A model generated the notes under the pieces. The model was not told the DNA's origin, searched no databases, and worked only from the letters and a program-made list of their open reading frames with translations. From positions 472 through 64,471 of the forward strand of contig CANGKZ010000021.1 in NCBI GenBank assembly GCA_947454705.1: a stretch of DNA of 64,000 nucleotides. Direction: 5' to 3'. The position numbers and the translations under genes are program-made. Shown piece by piece: positions 55,088 through 63,463 of the stretch (positions are counted from its first letter, which is position 1; every line of letters starts with the position of its first letter). Origin of the DNA: Verrucomicrobiota bacterium. Its GTDB lineage: Bacteria; Verrucomicrobiota; Verrucomicrobiia; Limisphaerales; UBA9464.

Positions 55088-57619
55088 ATGAAGCTCCACA
55101 TCCTGCCGTTGTTGATCCTGGCCACTTGGGTGGGGTGGGCCGCCGATCCCAAGCCGTCGGATCCCTTCACGATTTCGGCCAAATACACCAACACCCTCAC
55201 GCTCGAGGCGGGTGCCGATGATCCGAAGATTTCCCGCATGGTGGCCCGCTTCCTCAGCAGCGCCCACTACAGCCGCCATCGGTTCGATGCCGGGCTGGGT
55301 CAGAAGATGTTCGACCGCTACCTCGACGCGCTCGATCCCCAGAAGCTGTACTTTCTCCAGTCGGATATCGCCGCCTTCTCGAACGTCCGGACGAACCTCG
55401 ATGACATCACCCTGCGCCAGGGCGACACCTCGGCGGCCTACAGCCTCTTCAACCGGTTCCTCAAGCGCTACGACGAATCGTACGCGCTGGCCATGGACCG
55501 CCTCAAAAATGGGAAGTTCGATTTCACGACCGACGCCTCCTATCTGGTGAACCGCAAGGACGCCGAGCGTCCCAAGACCCTGGAGGAAGCCCGGAAGCTC
55601 TGGAACGACCGCCTTTCCTTCGAGTATCTGGCGGAAAAGCTGAACGAGGGCGACCGCACCAACACGTTGGCCCAGTTCACCTCGCATCTGCGGAACGGAA
55701 CCCTGGACAAGCTCACCACGGGGCTTACCAACAAGTTCAGCCCGGAGAAGGCGGCCGACCTGACCGCCTTTGCCAAGGCTCAGTTCACTGCAGCGCTTCC
55801 GGCCGGTACCAACGCCGCCGTGGAAAAGGCCACCGAGGCGGTGAGCCGCCGTCTCGACACCGACATTCACGAGGAGATCGTTCGCAAGTTGGCCCGCCGG
55901 TATCAGCGGACGCTGCGGAATCTGAAGCAGTTTGAATCGGACGAAGTGTTGCAGCTCTGGCTCGATGCAATGGGTCACGCCTACGACCCGCACACCGATT
56001 ACCTCGGCAAGCGCGACCTCGAGCAGTTCGCCATGCAGATGAATCTCCGCCTCTTCGGCATTGGAGCCACCTTGCAGGCGGAAGACGGCTACACCGTCAT
56101 TCGCGAGATTCGCCCCGGCACTCCGGCCGAACGCTCCAAGCAGATCAAAGTCGGCGACAAGGTGGTTGCCGTGGCGCAGGGGCAGGGTGAGTTCGTGGAC
56201 GTGATCGACGAAAAGCTCAGCAAAGTGGTGGCCCAGATCCGCGGCGAGAAGGGCACCGAAGTTCGCCTGTCGATTATTCCCGCGGGAGCCGATTCCTCGG
56301 TTCGCAAGGTGGTGTCGATCCTGCGCGATGAGATCCGCCTCGAGGACCAGGAAGCCAAGGCCAAGCTGGTGGAACTGCATCAGCCCGATGGCAAGACGAC
56401 CCGGGTGGGCGTGATCGATCTCCCGAGCTTCTACGCAAATTTCCCGGTGCAGGGTACCCGTGGCTCCGGCAAGACCACGACGGGTGACGTGCTCAAGCTG
56501 CTCAAGAAACTCACCGCGGAAGGTGCGGAGGGAATCATTCTGGATCTGCGTCGCAATGGCGGCGGTTCACTTCCCGAGGCGATCAATCTCGCCGGGTTGT
56601 TTGTGAAGTCGGGTCCGATCGTTCAGGTGCGCGGCTTTGATGGCAGCGTGGAAGTGGATGAGGACTACGACGAATCGATTGCCTATGACGGTCCGATGCT
56701 GGTGCTCACGAGCCGTTTCAGCGCGAGCGCGAGCGAGATCGTGGCGGCGGCGTTGCAGGATTATGGACGCGCCCTGGTGGTGGGTGATTCCACGACCCAC
56801 GGCAAGGGAACGGTCCAGACCGTGCAGGAACTCAACCGCACGCTGCCCGATGTGGAGAATCCCGGCGCCCTCAAGGTGACCATCCGCAAGTTCTATCGCG
56901 CGAGCGGCGGCAGCACCCAGTTGAAGGGCGTCACGCCGGACATGACTCTGCCGAGCATCAATGATTATGCGGAAATCGGCGAAGGTTCGCTCGAGAACGC
57001 GCTGGCCTGGGACACCATTCCGGGCGCGAAGTTCACCAAGATGAACCGGATACAGCCCTGGCTTGCGGAGCTGACCAAGCGGTCGAATGAACGCATCGCC
57101 AAGGACAAGGATTTTGCCTATGTGAACGAGGACATCGCCCGCTTCCGCAAGGTGCTGGCCGATAAATCGGTTTCGCTGAATGAGGCGCGTCGCCGTGCGG
57201 AAAAGGCGGCGGACGAAGCCCGGGTTGCCGCTCGCAAGAAGGAGCTGGCGGAACGCAACGAACCCCAGCCAACCACGTGGGAAATCACCCTCAAGCTCGC
57301 CGACAAACCGGGCCTGCCGCCGGCGATGACCAACAAGGTGGTGGTCGCGGTGAACAAGGCTGACGAGCGCGTGCTGAAGACTGCCAAGGCCAACGCCGCA
57401 CCCGCTACGGGCGCGGGAGCAACGGCGACGAATCGGGTGGATTCAGTTTCTGCACTGGCCCTGCCTCATGCGGCCGATGACGCCGATGGCGAGGAGCCTG
57501 AAGATGCCGGTGTGGCGGCCGATGTGCATCTCAAGGAAGCCGAACGCATCCTGCTCGACCTGATCCGCCTCTCGAGCGGTCGCGGCGGCGTGGTCACGGC
57601 TTCAACGCCTCCACGCTGA
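55088..57619 (+). CDS. prc: Tail-specific (C-terminal processing) protease, S41 family
   Basis: 843 aa with a signal peptide and a PDZ region (..GIGATLQAEDGYTVIREIRPGTPA..). S41 core ..ILDLRRNGGGSL.. and ..SASASEIVAAALQDYGRALVVGDSTTHGKGTVQ.. gives the Ser/Lys dyad contexts. Confidence 0.9.
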   Translation: MKLHILPLLILATWVGWAADPKPSDPFTISAKYTNTLTLEAGADDPKISRMVARFLSSAHYSRHRFDAGLGQKMFDRYLDALDPQKLYFLQSDIAAFSNVRTNLDDITLRQGDTSAAYSLFNRFLKRYDESYALAMDRLKNGKFDFTTDASYLVNRKDAERPKTLEEARKLWNDRLSFEYLAEKLNEGDRTNTLAQFTSHLRNGTLDKLTTGLTNKFSPEKAADLTAFAKAQFTAALPAGTNAAVEKATEAVSRRLDTDIHEEIVRKLARRYQRTLRNLKQFESDEVLQLWLDAMGHAYDPHTDYLGKRDLEQFAMQMNLRLFGIGATLQAEDGYTVIREIRPGTPAERSKQIKVGDKVVAVAQGQGEFVDVIDEKLSKVVAQIRGEKGTEVRLSIIPAGADSSVRKVVSILRDEIRLEDQEAKAKLVELHQPDGKTTRVGVIDLPSFYANFPVQGTRGSGKTTTGDVLKLLKKLTAEGAEGIILDLRRNGGGSLPEAINLAGLFVKSGPIVQVRGFDGSVEVDEDYDESIAYDGPMLVLTSRFSASASEIVAAALQDYGRALVVGDSTTHGKGTVQTVQELNRTLPDVENPGALKVTIRKFYRASGGSTQLKGVTPDMTLPSINDYAEIGEGSLENALAWDTIPGAKFTKMNRIQPWLAELTKRSNERIAKDKDFAYVNEDIARFRKVLADKSVSLNEARRRAEKAADEARVAARKKELAERNEPQPTTWEITLKLADKPGLPPAMTNKVVVAVNKADERVLKTAKANAAPATGAGATATNRVDSVSALALPHAADDADGEEPEDAGVAADVHLKEAERILLDLIRLSSGRGGVVTASTPPR

Positions 57620-57634
57620 GCGATTCAAATCCGG

Positions 57635-57649
57635 TCAGACCACGTTTGG
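57635..57649 (+). repeat. 15-nt direct repeat, copy 1 (TCAGACCACGTTTGG)
   Basis: Identical 15-mer at 59600-59614, or 16/17 if extended by 2 nt. Copy 1 supplies the last four sense codons and the stop (PNVV*) of the low-GC ORFan. A 9-mer CAAATCCGG lies directly upstream of copy 1 (57626-57634) and 7 nt downstream of copy 2 (59622-59630). Confidence 0.55.
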
Positions 57650-58441
57650 AGTCTTGCGGGTCTCTAGCTCGTAGACCCTTCGTGCTACAGTATTGAGAAC
57701 GAAGATTCGATCAAAACTGGAGGTGTATGTTCGTGAGAGAATCTCTTTGGAGATCTCAATCATTGAGTGAATTCCTTTGGTACCCGTTAGGATGAGCAGC
57801 CATTTGGCTTTGAACTTGGTTTCACCTGAGATCCATTTTGAGCCGGATTTTTTGCTTATTTTTTCTTGGATAGAATCGGGTTGAAAATCTGGAAGAAACC
57901 CGACGGGAGGTATGTTCCATTGGACGTCGGTAACGCTAGCAGATCGAAAAATCGAGATGCTGTGGACTCCTTCAGTTTGTAGGGAATTGGTGAGCTGATG
58001 CTCTTCAAAGCTAAGAAGCCCATGCCCGGGAGGTACGCGATCTGCGATGAAACTGACGAGTTCCCCACAGAGCCTTTTGCGGTCGATTTCTTGTTGGATC
58101 GTGGCACTCGGGTAAAGAAGCACCGAGATTCTTGAGGGAGGTAAGCCTCGTTTCGAATGCTCTTTCGCAAGCTGAGCTTCCAGCTTCTCACGGTTCGTCT
58201 CGTAGGCTTGCGGACTGGGCCCTTGATGGTGGGGAAAGAACAGCCTCGTTAGTTCGACCCCGATAGTTCCTTGGTCGATCGTGCATTCGATATCTGGCGG
58301 GTTCCCGCCGTGCCGAATATCAGCGATTCCGAGGGTGGGTTGTAGATCCGCAAAGCTTCGAAACCACTGCAGCTCCTGCAGTGCTTTTTCCCCAGAGTTA
58401 TCCGTTTGACGGCCTGACTTTTGATGTCGAGCACGGGCCAT
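57635..58441 (-). CDS. Hypothetical protein, compositionally foreign ORFan (weak PD-(D/E)xK-like motif)
   Basis: 268-aa ORF. Hand counts over 57661-57780 give 40-45% GC against ~60-62% around it. Its ATG (58441-58439) lies 3 nt after the TAG of the upstream LOG gene. ..NPPDIECTIDQGTIGVELTRLF.. loosely resembles a nuclease D..ExK core, but the Lys is replaced. No family recognised. Confidence 0.55.
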   Translation of the reverse strand: MARARHQKSGRQTDNSGEKALQELQWFRSFADLQPTLGIADIRHGGNPPDIECTIDQGTIGVELTRLFFPHHQGPSPQAYETNREKLEAQLAKEHSKRGLPPSRISVLLYPSATIQQEIDRKRLCGELVSFIADRVPPGHGLLSFEEHQLTNSLQTEGVHSISIFRSASVTDVQWNIPPVGFLPDFQPDSIQEKISKKSGSKWISGETKFKAKWLLILTGTKGIHSMIEISKEILSRTYTSSFDRIFVLNTVARRVYELETRKTPNVV

Positions 58442-58444
58442 GGC

Positions 58445-59476
58445 CTAAAACCCGTTGAGCACGTCGATGAGTTGGCGGAGGCGGCCGTAATTTCGGCGGT
58501 TGAAGCCGAAGGAAAGCCGGGCGAGCCCGACGTGGTCGCTGTCTTCGTGTTCCTCGGGGGTTGGAGGAATGACCCGGAAAGGCTCTCCGGCCACGATGTC
58601 TTTGAAGTCCTCGTTCAAGCCTTCCACGGCCGATGCCGTTGGAGCGTTTTGCAACCGGATCACCAGCTGATCGCGGACGAATCGGACTGAGTGGAAATTC
58701 CGGTAGAAGCGTTTGATCCAGCGGACCGCCTCCGATGCGTCGGTGGTGACCTGGTACAGATGAAGATCGTCGGGCGAGACCAGGCCCGAGCGGAGCAGGT
58801 GCGCTTCGACATAGTGCTGGAAGGACTTCCAGTACGTGCCTCCGGGGCGATCCACGAGGATGAGCGGCATGAGGCGGCTCTTCCCAGTTTGCATCAGCGT
58901 GAGGGCCTCGAAGCCTTCATCGAGCGTTCCGAATCCTCCGGGGAACAGCACCACGGCATCGCTTTGCCGGATGAAGGTGAACTTGCGGGTGAAGAAGTAT
59001 TTGAAGGTGATGAGCTTCTTGTCGGCTTCGAGTACGGGATTCGCGGCCTGTTCCCAAGGCAGGCGGATGTTGCATCCGAAGCTTTGCTCCGGTCCGGCAC
59101 CCTCGTTGCCCGCCTGCATGATGCCGGGGCCTGCACCAGTGATGACCATGAATCCGGCTTCGACAATTTGACGCGCGAATTCCTTGGCGAGCAGATATTC
59201 GGGTTCGTTGGAATGCGTGCGCGCGGATCCAAAGATGCAGACCCGCCGGTGTCCTGAATACGCGGTGAACAGGCGGTACTGGTAGCGGAGCTCCCGAAGC
59301 GCCGTCTGGATCACGCGTGCATCCCCGCGGGACCGGACATCGGTCAGCATCTTGAGCGCGGTCTCCACCACATCGGCAACAATACCCTCGTTGTATCCGC
59401 CCCCCTTGAAGCGGATGAGTTCCTCAATGCGACTGCGGAGTTCAGCGTCCTGGGCGGAGCGTTTTGCGGGGTCCAT
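58445..59476 (-). CDS. LOG-family (TIGR00730, lysine-decarboxylase-like) nucleotide 5'-monophosphate nucleosidase, long form
   Basis: The signature ..AVVLFPGGFGTLDEGFEALTLMQTGK.. (PGGxGTxxE) and ..FGSARTH..GFMVITGAGPGIMQAGNEGA.. are present. The start is taken at ATG M24 (59476), and the ORF can extend to 59545. A ~100-aa C-terminal extension lies beyond the LOG core. Confidence 0.85.
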   Translation of the reverse strand: MDPAKRSAQDAELRSRIEELIRFKGGGYNEGIVADVVETALKMLTDVRSRGDARVIQTALRELRYQYRLFTAYSGHRRVCIFGSARTHSNEPEYLLAKEFARQIVEAGFMVITGAGPGIMQAGNEGAGPEQSFGCNIRLPWEQAANPVLEADKKLITFKYFFTRKFTFIRQSDAVVLFPGGFGTLDEGFEALTLMQTGKSRLMPLILVDRPGGTYWKSFQHYVEAHLLRSGLVSPDDLHLYQVTTDASEAVRWIKRFYRNFHSVRFVRDQLVIRLQNAPTASAVEGLNEDFKDIVAGEPFRVIPPTPEEHEDSDHVGLARLSFGFNRRNYGRLRQLIDVLNGF

Positions 59477-59599
59477 GGGAGGAGTGAAACTTGAGTTAAG
59501 ACGAAGCGATCCGCTGCGGGACTCGCGTCGGGTAAGTGCCGGCACTCTAGGAGTTCACCGATGAAACGCAAACCAGCGCGGGGCATCATTCGTTCGAGT

Positions 59600-59614
59600 T
59601 CAGACCACGTTTGG
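59600..59614 (+). repeat. 15-nt direct repeat, copy 2 (TCAGACCACGTTTGG)
   Basis: See copy 1. It lies in the non-coding region upstream of the LOG gene. Confidence 0.55.
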
Positions 59615-59940
59615 GGACGGACAAATCCGGCTCCCGACGTTCGCGCCGGACATGCGGTAGGTATTCTCCGTAGCAGCACTACCAAAACGGCCCCAATTGT
59701 AGCCTAGACCAAAAGTGGTACGAAGGAGGGTGTCGGATCATTAATTGATTTGATGCGGATTGCCCCCATGGGGCCGCTCGTTTCAAGAGGCTGGCAGTTC
59801 TTTCTGAACGGCCGTTCGAGCCGATTGAAAACAAAAATTAACCATTCTGATGGATTGCCTGTTGTGTCTTCACGATGCGGGAAGTTCGTTGGGAGTCGGT
59901 CCCGAGTGCCGCAGAAAACGTTAAGAATTAATCAGTACTT

Positions 59941-60651
59941 ATGAAACCAGTTCGATTGGATCGGCCATTTCCAACGTTGATGCGCAATGGCCTTTTTGTG
60001 GGTGGATCCGGCCTGTTGCTGGCGGTTCAAGCCCAGGTGTTCAACGTGAACCCGGGAAGTGTGGTGAACGCCGAGCAAGCGGCGGGCACGTATGGCATGG
60101 TGTTCACGGCGGATGCGGATGCTCAGGTTACGGAACTCGGGGCGTTTGATTTCGGCTCGTACAGCTCGGGAACCGCGAACATCCAATTGTGGCGACAGGG
60201 GGATGCGAGCGCTCTGGCTTCGGCAACGGTTGATCTCTCCGGGGGGACAGACAGTTCCGCGACGTGGAAGTTTGTCTTCACATCGATTTCTCCCGTATCC
60301 CTTCAGTCGGGCGTCCAGTACGCGCTGGTGTGGAGCAACAATGCCGGGCAGGCCGTTCAACCCATGAGCCAGGCGGTGGCTCTGTCGGTGGTTTCCAATC
60401 CAGGGATTTCGATCACGCAGAGTTTCAATCACTCCGGTTTGGGGCTGGTGGGAAATCCGTTGGATGACTCGGCCTCACTCTCGTTCAGCAGCAACAGCAA
60501 CCTGCAGATCAAGGCGAGTGTGGATCTCGTGATTTCACCGGCTGCGGTTCCAGAGCCGGCGGAGACGCTGGCGGTGACGGCTGGAGGACTCTTCCTCTTC
60601 CAGTGGATGCGTCGCGCCGGGCGGTCAAAGGCCGGCCTCGAGAAGGTGTAG
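59941..60651 (+). CDS. PEP-CTERM sorting-domain protein (DUF4082-like N-domain)
   Basis: 236 aa. The C-terminal VPEPAETLAVTAGGLFLFQWMRRAGRSK is PEP motif + TM + basic tail. The N-domain ..AAGTYGMVFTADADAQVTELGAFDFGS..ANIQLWRQGD.. resembles DUF4082. Confidence 0.8.
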   Translation: MKPVRLDRPFPTLMRNGLFVGGSGLLLAVQAQVFNVNPGSVVNAEQAAGTYGMVFTADADAQVTELGAFDFGSYSSGTANIQLWRQGDASALASATVDLSGGTDSSATWKFVFTSISPVSLQSGVQYALVWSNNAGQAVQPMSQAVALSVVSNPGISITQSFNHSGLGLVGNPLDDSASLSFSSNSNLQIKASVDLVISPAAVPEPAETLAVTAGGLFLFQWMRRAGRSKAGLEKV

Positions 60652-60914
60652 TTGACCGTACGGTAAGGACTCTAGGGGCGGGATCGGTGAGACTTTGCGG
60701 AAACACCGATTCCGCCTGCCTAGTAGTGAGGAGGGAGTGGGAAAGGAGCGATTCTCTCGCCCGATCGCAATACCGCGGTCCTACGGCTCAGCGGTGAGCT
60801 TGGCGGAGCGCTGGAGTTCAATCCTTTGTTGATCTCACACGCGCCCGCCTGAACCGTCCGAAGATCGGACACCAAACAAATGAGGAGGGCTTCATTGAGG
60901 AGTCGAATACCCCT

Positions 60915-61925
60915 TCAGTTCTGAGGGTCCAGGTTCCCGGTCGCAACCCATCGAACCGCGTAGTGAATCAAGGTCGCGGCATCCTTCAGGTTCAGCTTCT
61001 TCTTGATGCGGCCGCGAAAGATATCGACGGTCTTTGTGCTGATTCCCAAGACGTCTGCTGCTTCCTTGGTGCTCATCCCCCGACCAAACAGGCAGAATAC
61101 TTCGAACTCACGATCGCTGAGCGATTGAATCGGGGATCGCGAACCCGGGGAGCGCCTGCCAGAGAAATTCTCAAGCATCCGTTTGGACATTTCCGGACTC
61201 ACATAGGAGCCGCCGTTCAAAAGAATTCGAATTGCCTCCACCAGGCGGCTTACTGAGTTGTTCTTCATCACGTAGCCTTGCGCTCCGGCCCGCAACGAGC
61301 GTTCGGCGTAGAGGGTTTCGTCGTGCATGGACAACACCAGGATGGGGAGTCTGGGGAACTGGTTGTGGACTTCCTTGATAAGCTGCAATCCGCCTCCGCC
61401 GGGAAGGTTGAGATCGGTGATCATGAGATCGGCCTTTCCTTTTTGGAGTAGGGAGATTGCTTCCGTTGGGGTTGAAGCTTCGCAGCAGATCTTAAGATCG
61501 GGCGCGCGCTCCACGATTGCCGCGACGCCTGCGCGGGTGATCGGATGGTCATCGACCAGGAGAATATGACGCGCGGTGGACTGATGGTCGTGGGCTGAAC
61601 GGTTGGTGCCGGAAGGTGAGGTGGGAATCGGCAGAATTGCCTGCGGTGCCCCGAACGCTTGAAGGACCTGTTCCCCGCCGGGGCGTGGTTCCACACCCGC
61701 CTCGGATCCGAAGGTGCATCGGAGGACCAGGGCAGGGTGGGAGCGGGACGTCGGGTTTGCGTCGAGCCGGGCGAAGGCGCAGTGGAACCCGCCGCGAGAT
61801 TTGTTGGGGCAGGCTTGTAATCCCGTCGAGGTGTTGAAGGGATCGGCTTTGGAGGTTGCTGCACTGGGCAACGGAGACTGAGTCGGGGATGACGGCATAA
61901 TCGGTTCGCAATCGTCTGAGTTCAC
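60915..61925 (-). CDS. LuxR/NarL-family response regulator with a ~110-aa low-complexity N-terminal extension
   Basis: REC domain ILLVDDHPITRAG..DLMITDLNLPGGGG..PILVLSMHDE.. and HTH_LuxR ..LSDREFEVFCLFGRGMSTKEAADVLGISTKTVDIFRGRIKKKL... No start codon lies close to the REC domain, so the long N-terminus appears to be real, although the exact start is uncertain. Confidence 0.85.
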   Translation of the reverse strand: MNSDDCEPIMPSSPTQSPLPSAATSKADPFNTSTGLQACPNKSRGGFHCAFARLDANPTSRSHPALVLRCTFGSEAGVEPRPGGEQVLQAFGAPQAILPIPTSPSGTNRSAHDHQSTARHILLVDDHPITRAGVAAIVERAPDLKICCEASTPTEAISLLQKGKADLMITDLNLPGGGGLQLIKEVHNQFPRLPILVLSMHDETLYAERSLRAGAQGYVMKNNSVSRLVEAIRILLNGGSYVSPEMSKRMLENFSGRRSPGSRSPIQSLSDREFEVFCLFGRGMSTKEAADVLGISTKTVDIFRGRIKKKLNLKDAATLIHYAVRWVATGNLDPQN

Positions 61926-62090
61926 TGCTCAACGAACCGAGGAGAGAATTCGACATGGAATGCCCACCCGCCTTCCTTGACTTGCGCAATGCTTCGCAGC
62001 GATTGCATTCAGGGGTGAGGTGGTGTGAGAACCAATTTGCAGGAGAATCGACTGCGAAACGGGACGGGCCGAGTCGGCTAACAGGCCGGC

Positions 62091-62327
62091 CTATGCGGCG
62101 CTGCGCGGCCACTTCATGAATTCGGTGAAGCTCGTGCAGACGAGCTCCATTTTACCGGTTTCGTGATCCAAAAACTGTATCGCCGGATCGGTCTGGGTCG
62201 GATCAATCAGGTACTCGTTGCCACACCCGTCGTTCGCGAAGGCGAACAAGCGTTTGCCCGTATCCCAGACGTCCCGCGCGCTTTGTCCGTCGGCCGGGTT
62301 GTAGTAGGCGATGTGCCAACGTGGATT
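62091..62327 (-). pseudogene. Truncated SMI1/KNR4 (SUKH-1) family immunity-protein remnant (C-terminal ~78 codons, no start)
   Basis: Own translation between the in-frame stops at 62328-62330 and 62091-62093: NPRWHIAYYNPADGQSARDVWDTGKRLFAFANDGCGNEYLIDPTQTDPAIQFLDHETGKMELVCTSFTEFMKWPRSAA*. The F(A)xDGxGNxYxxD .. V..xDHE .. xSFxEF pattern is the C-terminal half of SMI1/KNR4 domains. There is no start codon and no N-terminal half. Confidence 0.45.
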
Positions 62328-62344
62328 CTAAGCACGGCATTTGA

Positions 62345-62488
62345 AACCACAGATGGACACAGAATCACACAGATCGAGAGTGAAACGGATGCTTCGACTG
62401 GGCTCAAACGGTCTCACCTTCTGGGTGATCCATGAATCCTTCCGTCCCGCGCATTTCAATCGGTGTTCATCCGTGTCCATCTGTGGTT
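62345..62488. repeat. Inverted-repeat element of phased CACAGAT/CACGGAT units (copy D, variant)
   Basis: The left arm is AACCACAGATGGACACAGAATCACACAGATCG (62345-62376). The reverse complement of the right arm (62457-62488) is AACCACAGATGGACACGGATGAACACCGATTG. The first 16 nt are identical and the arms match 25/32 overall, with an 80-nt spacer. Confidence 0.55.
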
Positions 62489-62524
62489 GAACTTTTCTTT
62501 AACTGCCGAACTTGGGTTGATGCC

Positions 62525-63436
62525 TCAGTCCTCCGTGATCTTGCGGGCGTCGATCCAGTAGCTGGCCTGGAAGGATTCGCCGGGCGGGAGGATGATCACC
62601 TCGCCATCGGGACGACCCAGTGAGTTGGGAAGGGCGGTCCAGGGTTCGATGCAGTAGAACGGATCCTCCGGGCTCCGGGCCCAAAGCGCGACGAAGCGGT
62701 AGGCCGGGTGTGTTTCAAAATTGATCACCGCTTCGACGCCGCCGTCGGGATCCACCAGCGCGATCTCGCGGGTCGCAAAATCGCCGAGAAACACGGTTCC
62801 GCTGACATCCACGCCGGTGCTCAGGCGCGACGCGGGCATGGGTTCCTCGAAGAAACTCTCCGCCTTTCCCACCGGATTGAACCGCGTGGCGCGGGGAAGC
62901 CGCAGATACGAGCGGTTTCGATTGCCGGCGGCGGTGAGGGGCAGTCGGAAATACGGATGAAACCCGGTGCTGAACGGCAGAGGGGCCTGGTCACGATTCT
63001 CGATGCGTTGTTCGCACACGAGGCGTCCTCCGCTGAGGCGATAGGTGACGCGGTGACTGAAGGCGAACGGGTAGCTGGGGCGGGTGAGTTCGGAGTCGCA
63101 GATCTCCTGAGTTACGAAGTTTTCGCCCTGTTCCACCACGGTCCAGGGGATGCGCCGGGCGAATCCGTGTTGAACCGAATGGTAGGTGGTGCCGTTGAGT
63201 TCGTAGGTGCCTTCCTTGCCGCCGGACACGTTGTAGCTGACGTGCGGGAACAGGATCGGATTGCCACCCCACATGCGGTCGGGATAGCGGGCGACCACTG
63301 CGGGATCATCCTGGAGCACGTCCACCCAGCCCCGGCCTTCGACCTGCCGGGCGTAGCGCACGAGCCATCCGCCGAGTTTGGGATGAATGACAGCGAGGGC
63401 TTTGTCGCCATCGCGAAGGGTGATCGGTTCCGTCAT
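62525..63436 (-). CDS. Aldose 1-epimerase (galactose mutarotase-like) family protein
   Basis: 303 aa. ..GGNPILFPHV.., ..QHGFAR.., ..YPFAF.. and ..FSTGFHPYF.. are the typical mutarotase-fold blocks. Confidence 0.8.
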   Translation of the reverse strand: MTEPITLRDGDKALAVIHPKLGGWLVRYARQVEGRGWVDVLQDDPAVVARYPDRMWGGNPILFPHVSYNVSGGKEGTYELNGTTYHSVQHGFARRIPWTVVEQGENFVTQEICDSELTRPSYPFAFSHRVTYRLSGGRLVCEQRIENRDQAPLPFSTGFHPYFRLPLTAAGNRNRSYLRLPRATRFNPVGKAESFFEEPMPASRLSTGVDVSGTVFLGDFATREIALVDPDGGVEAVINFETHPAYRFVALWARSPEDPFYCIEPWTALPNSLGRPDGEVIILPPGESFQASYWIDARKITED

Positions 63437-63463
63437 GCCGCAAGGCTAGCGGAAACGGCGCGA

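Noticed and set aside
59806-59817. Perfect 12-bp palindrome GAACGGCCGTTC upstream of the second PEP-CTERM gene, as a candidate operator.
   Set aside because: About 15 perfect 12-bp palindromes are expected by chance in 64 kb. There is no second copy and no supporting context.
61549-62112. ORF 61549..62112 (187 aa, minus), overlapping the response-regulator N-terminus in another frame.
   Set aside because: Its translation is Arg/Ser/Pro-rich with no motifs. Its 3' part overlaps the response-regulator reading frame, and its 5' end overlaps the SUKH remnant frame. It is judged spurious.
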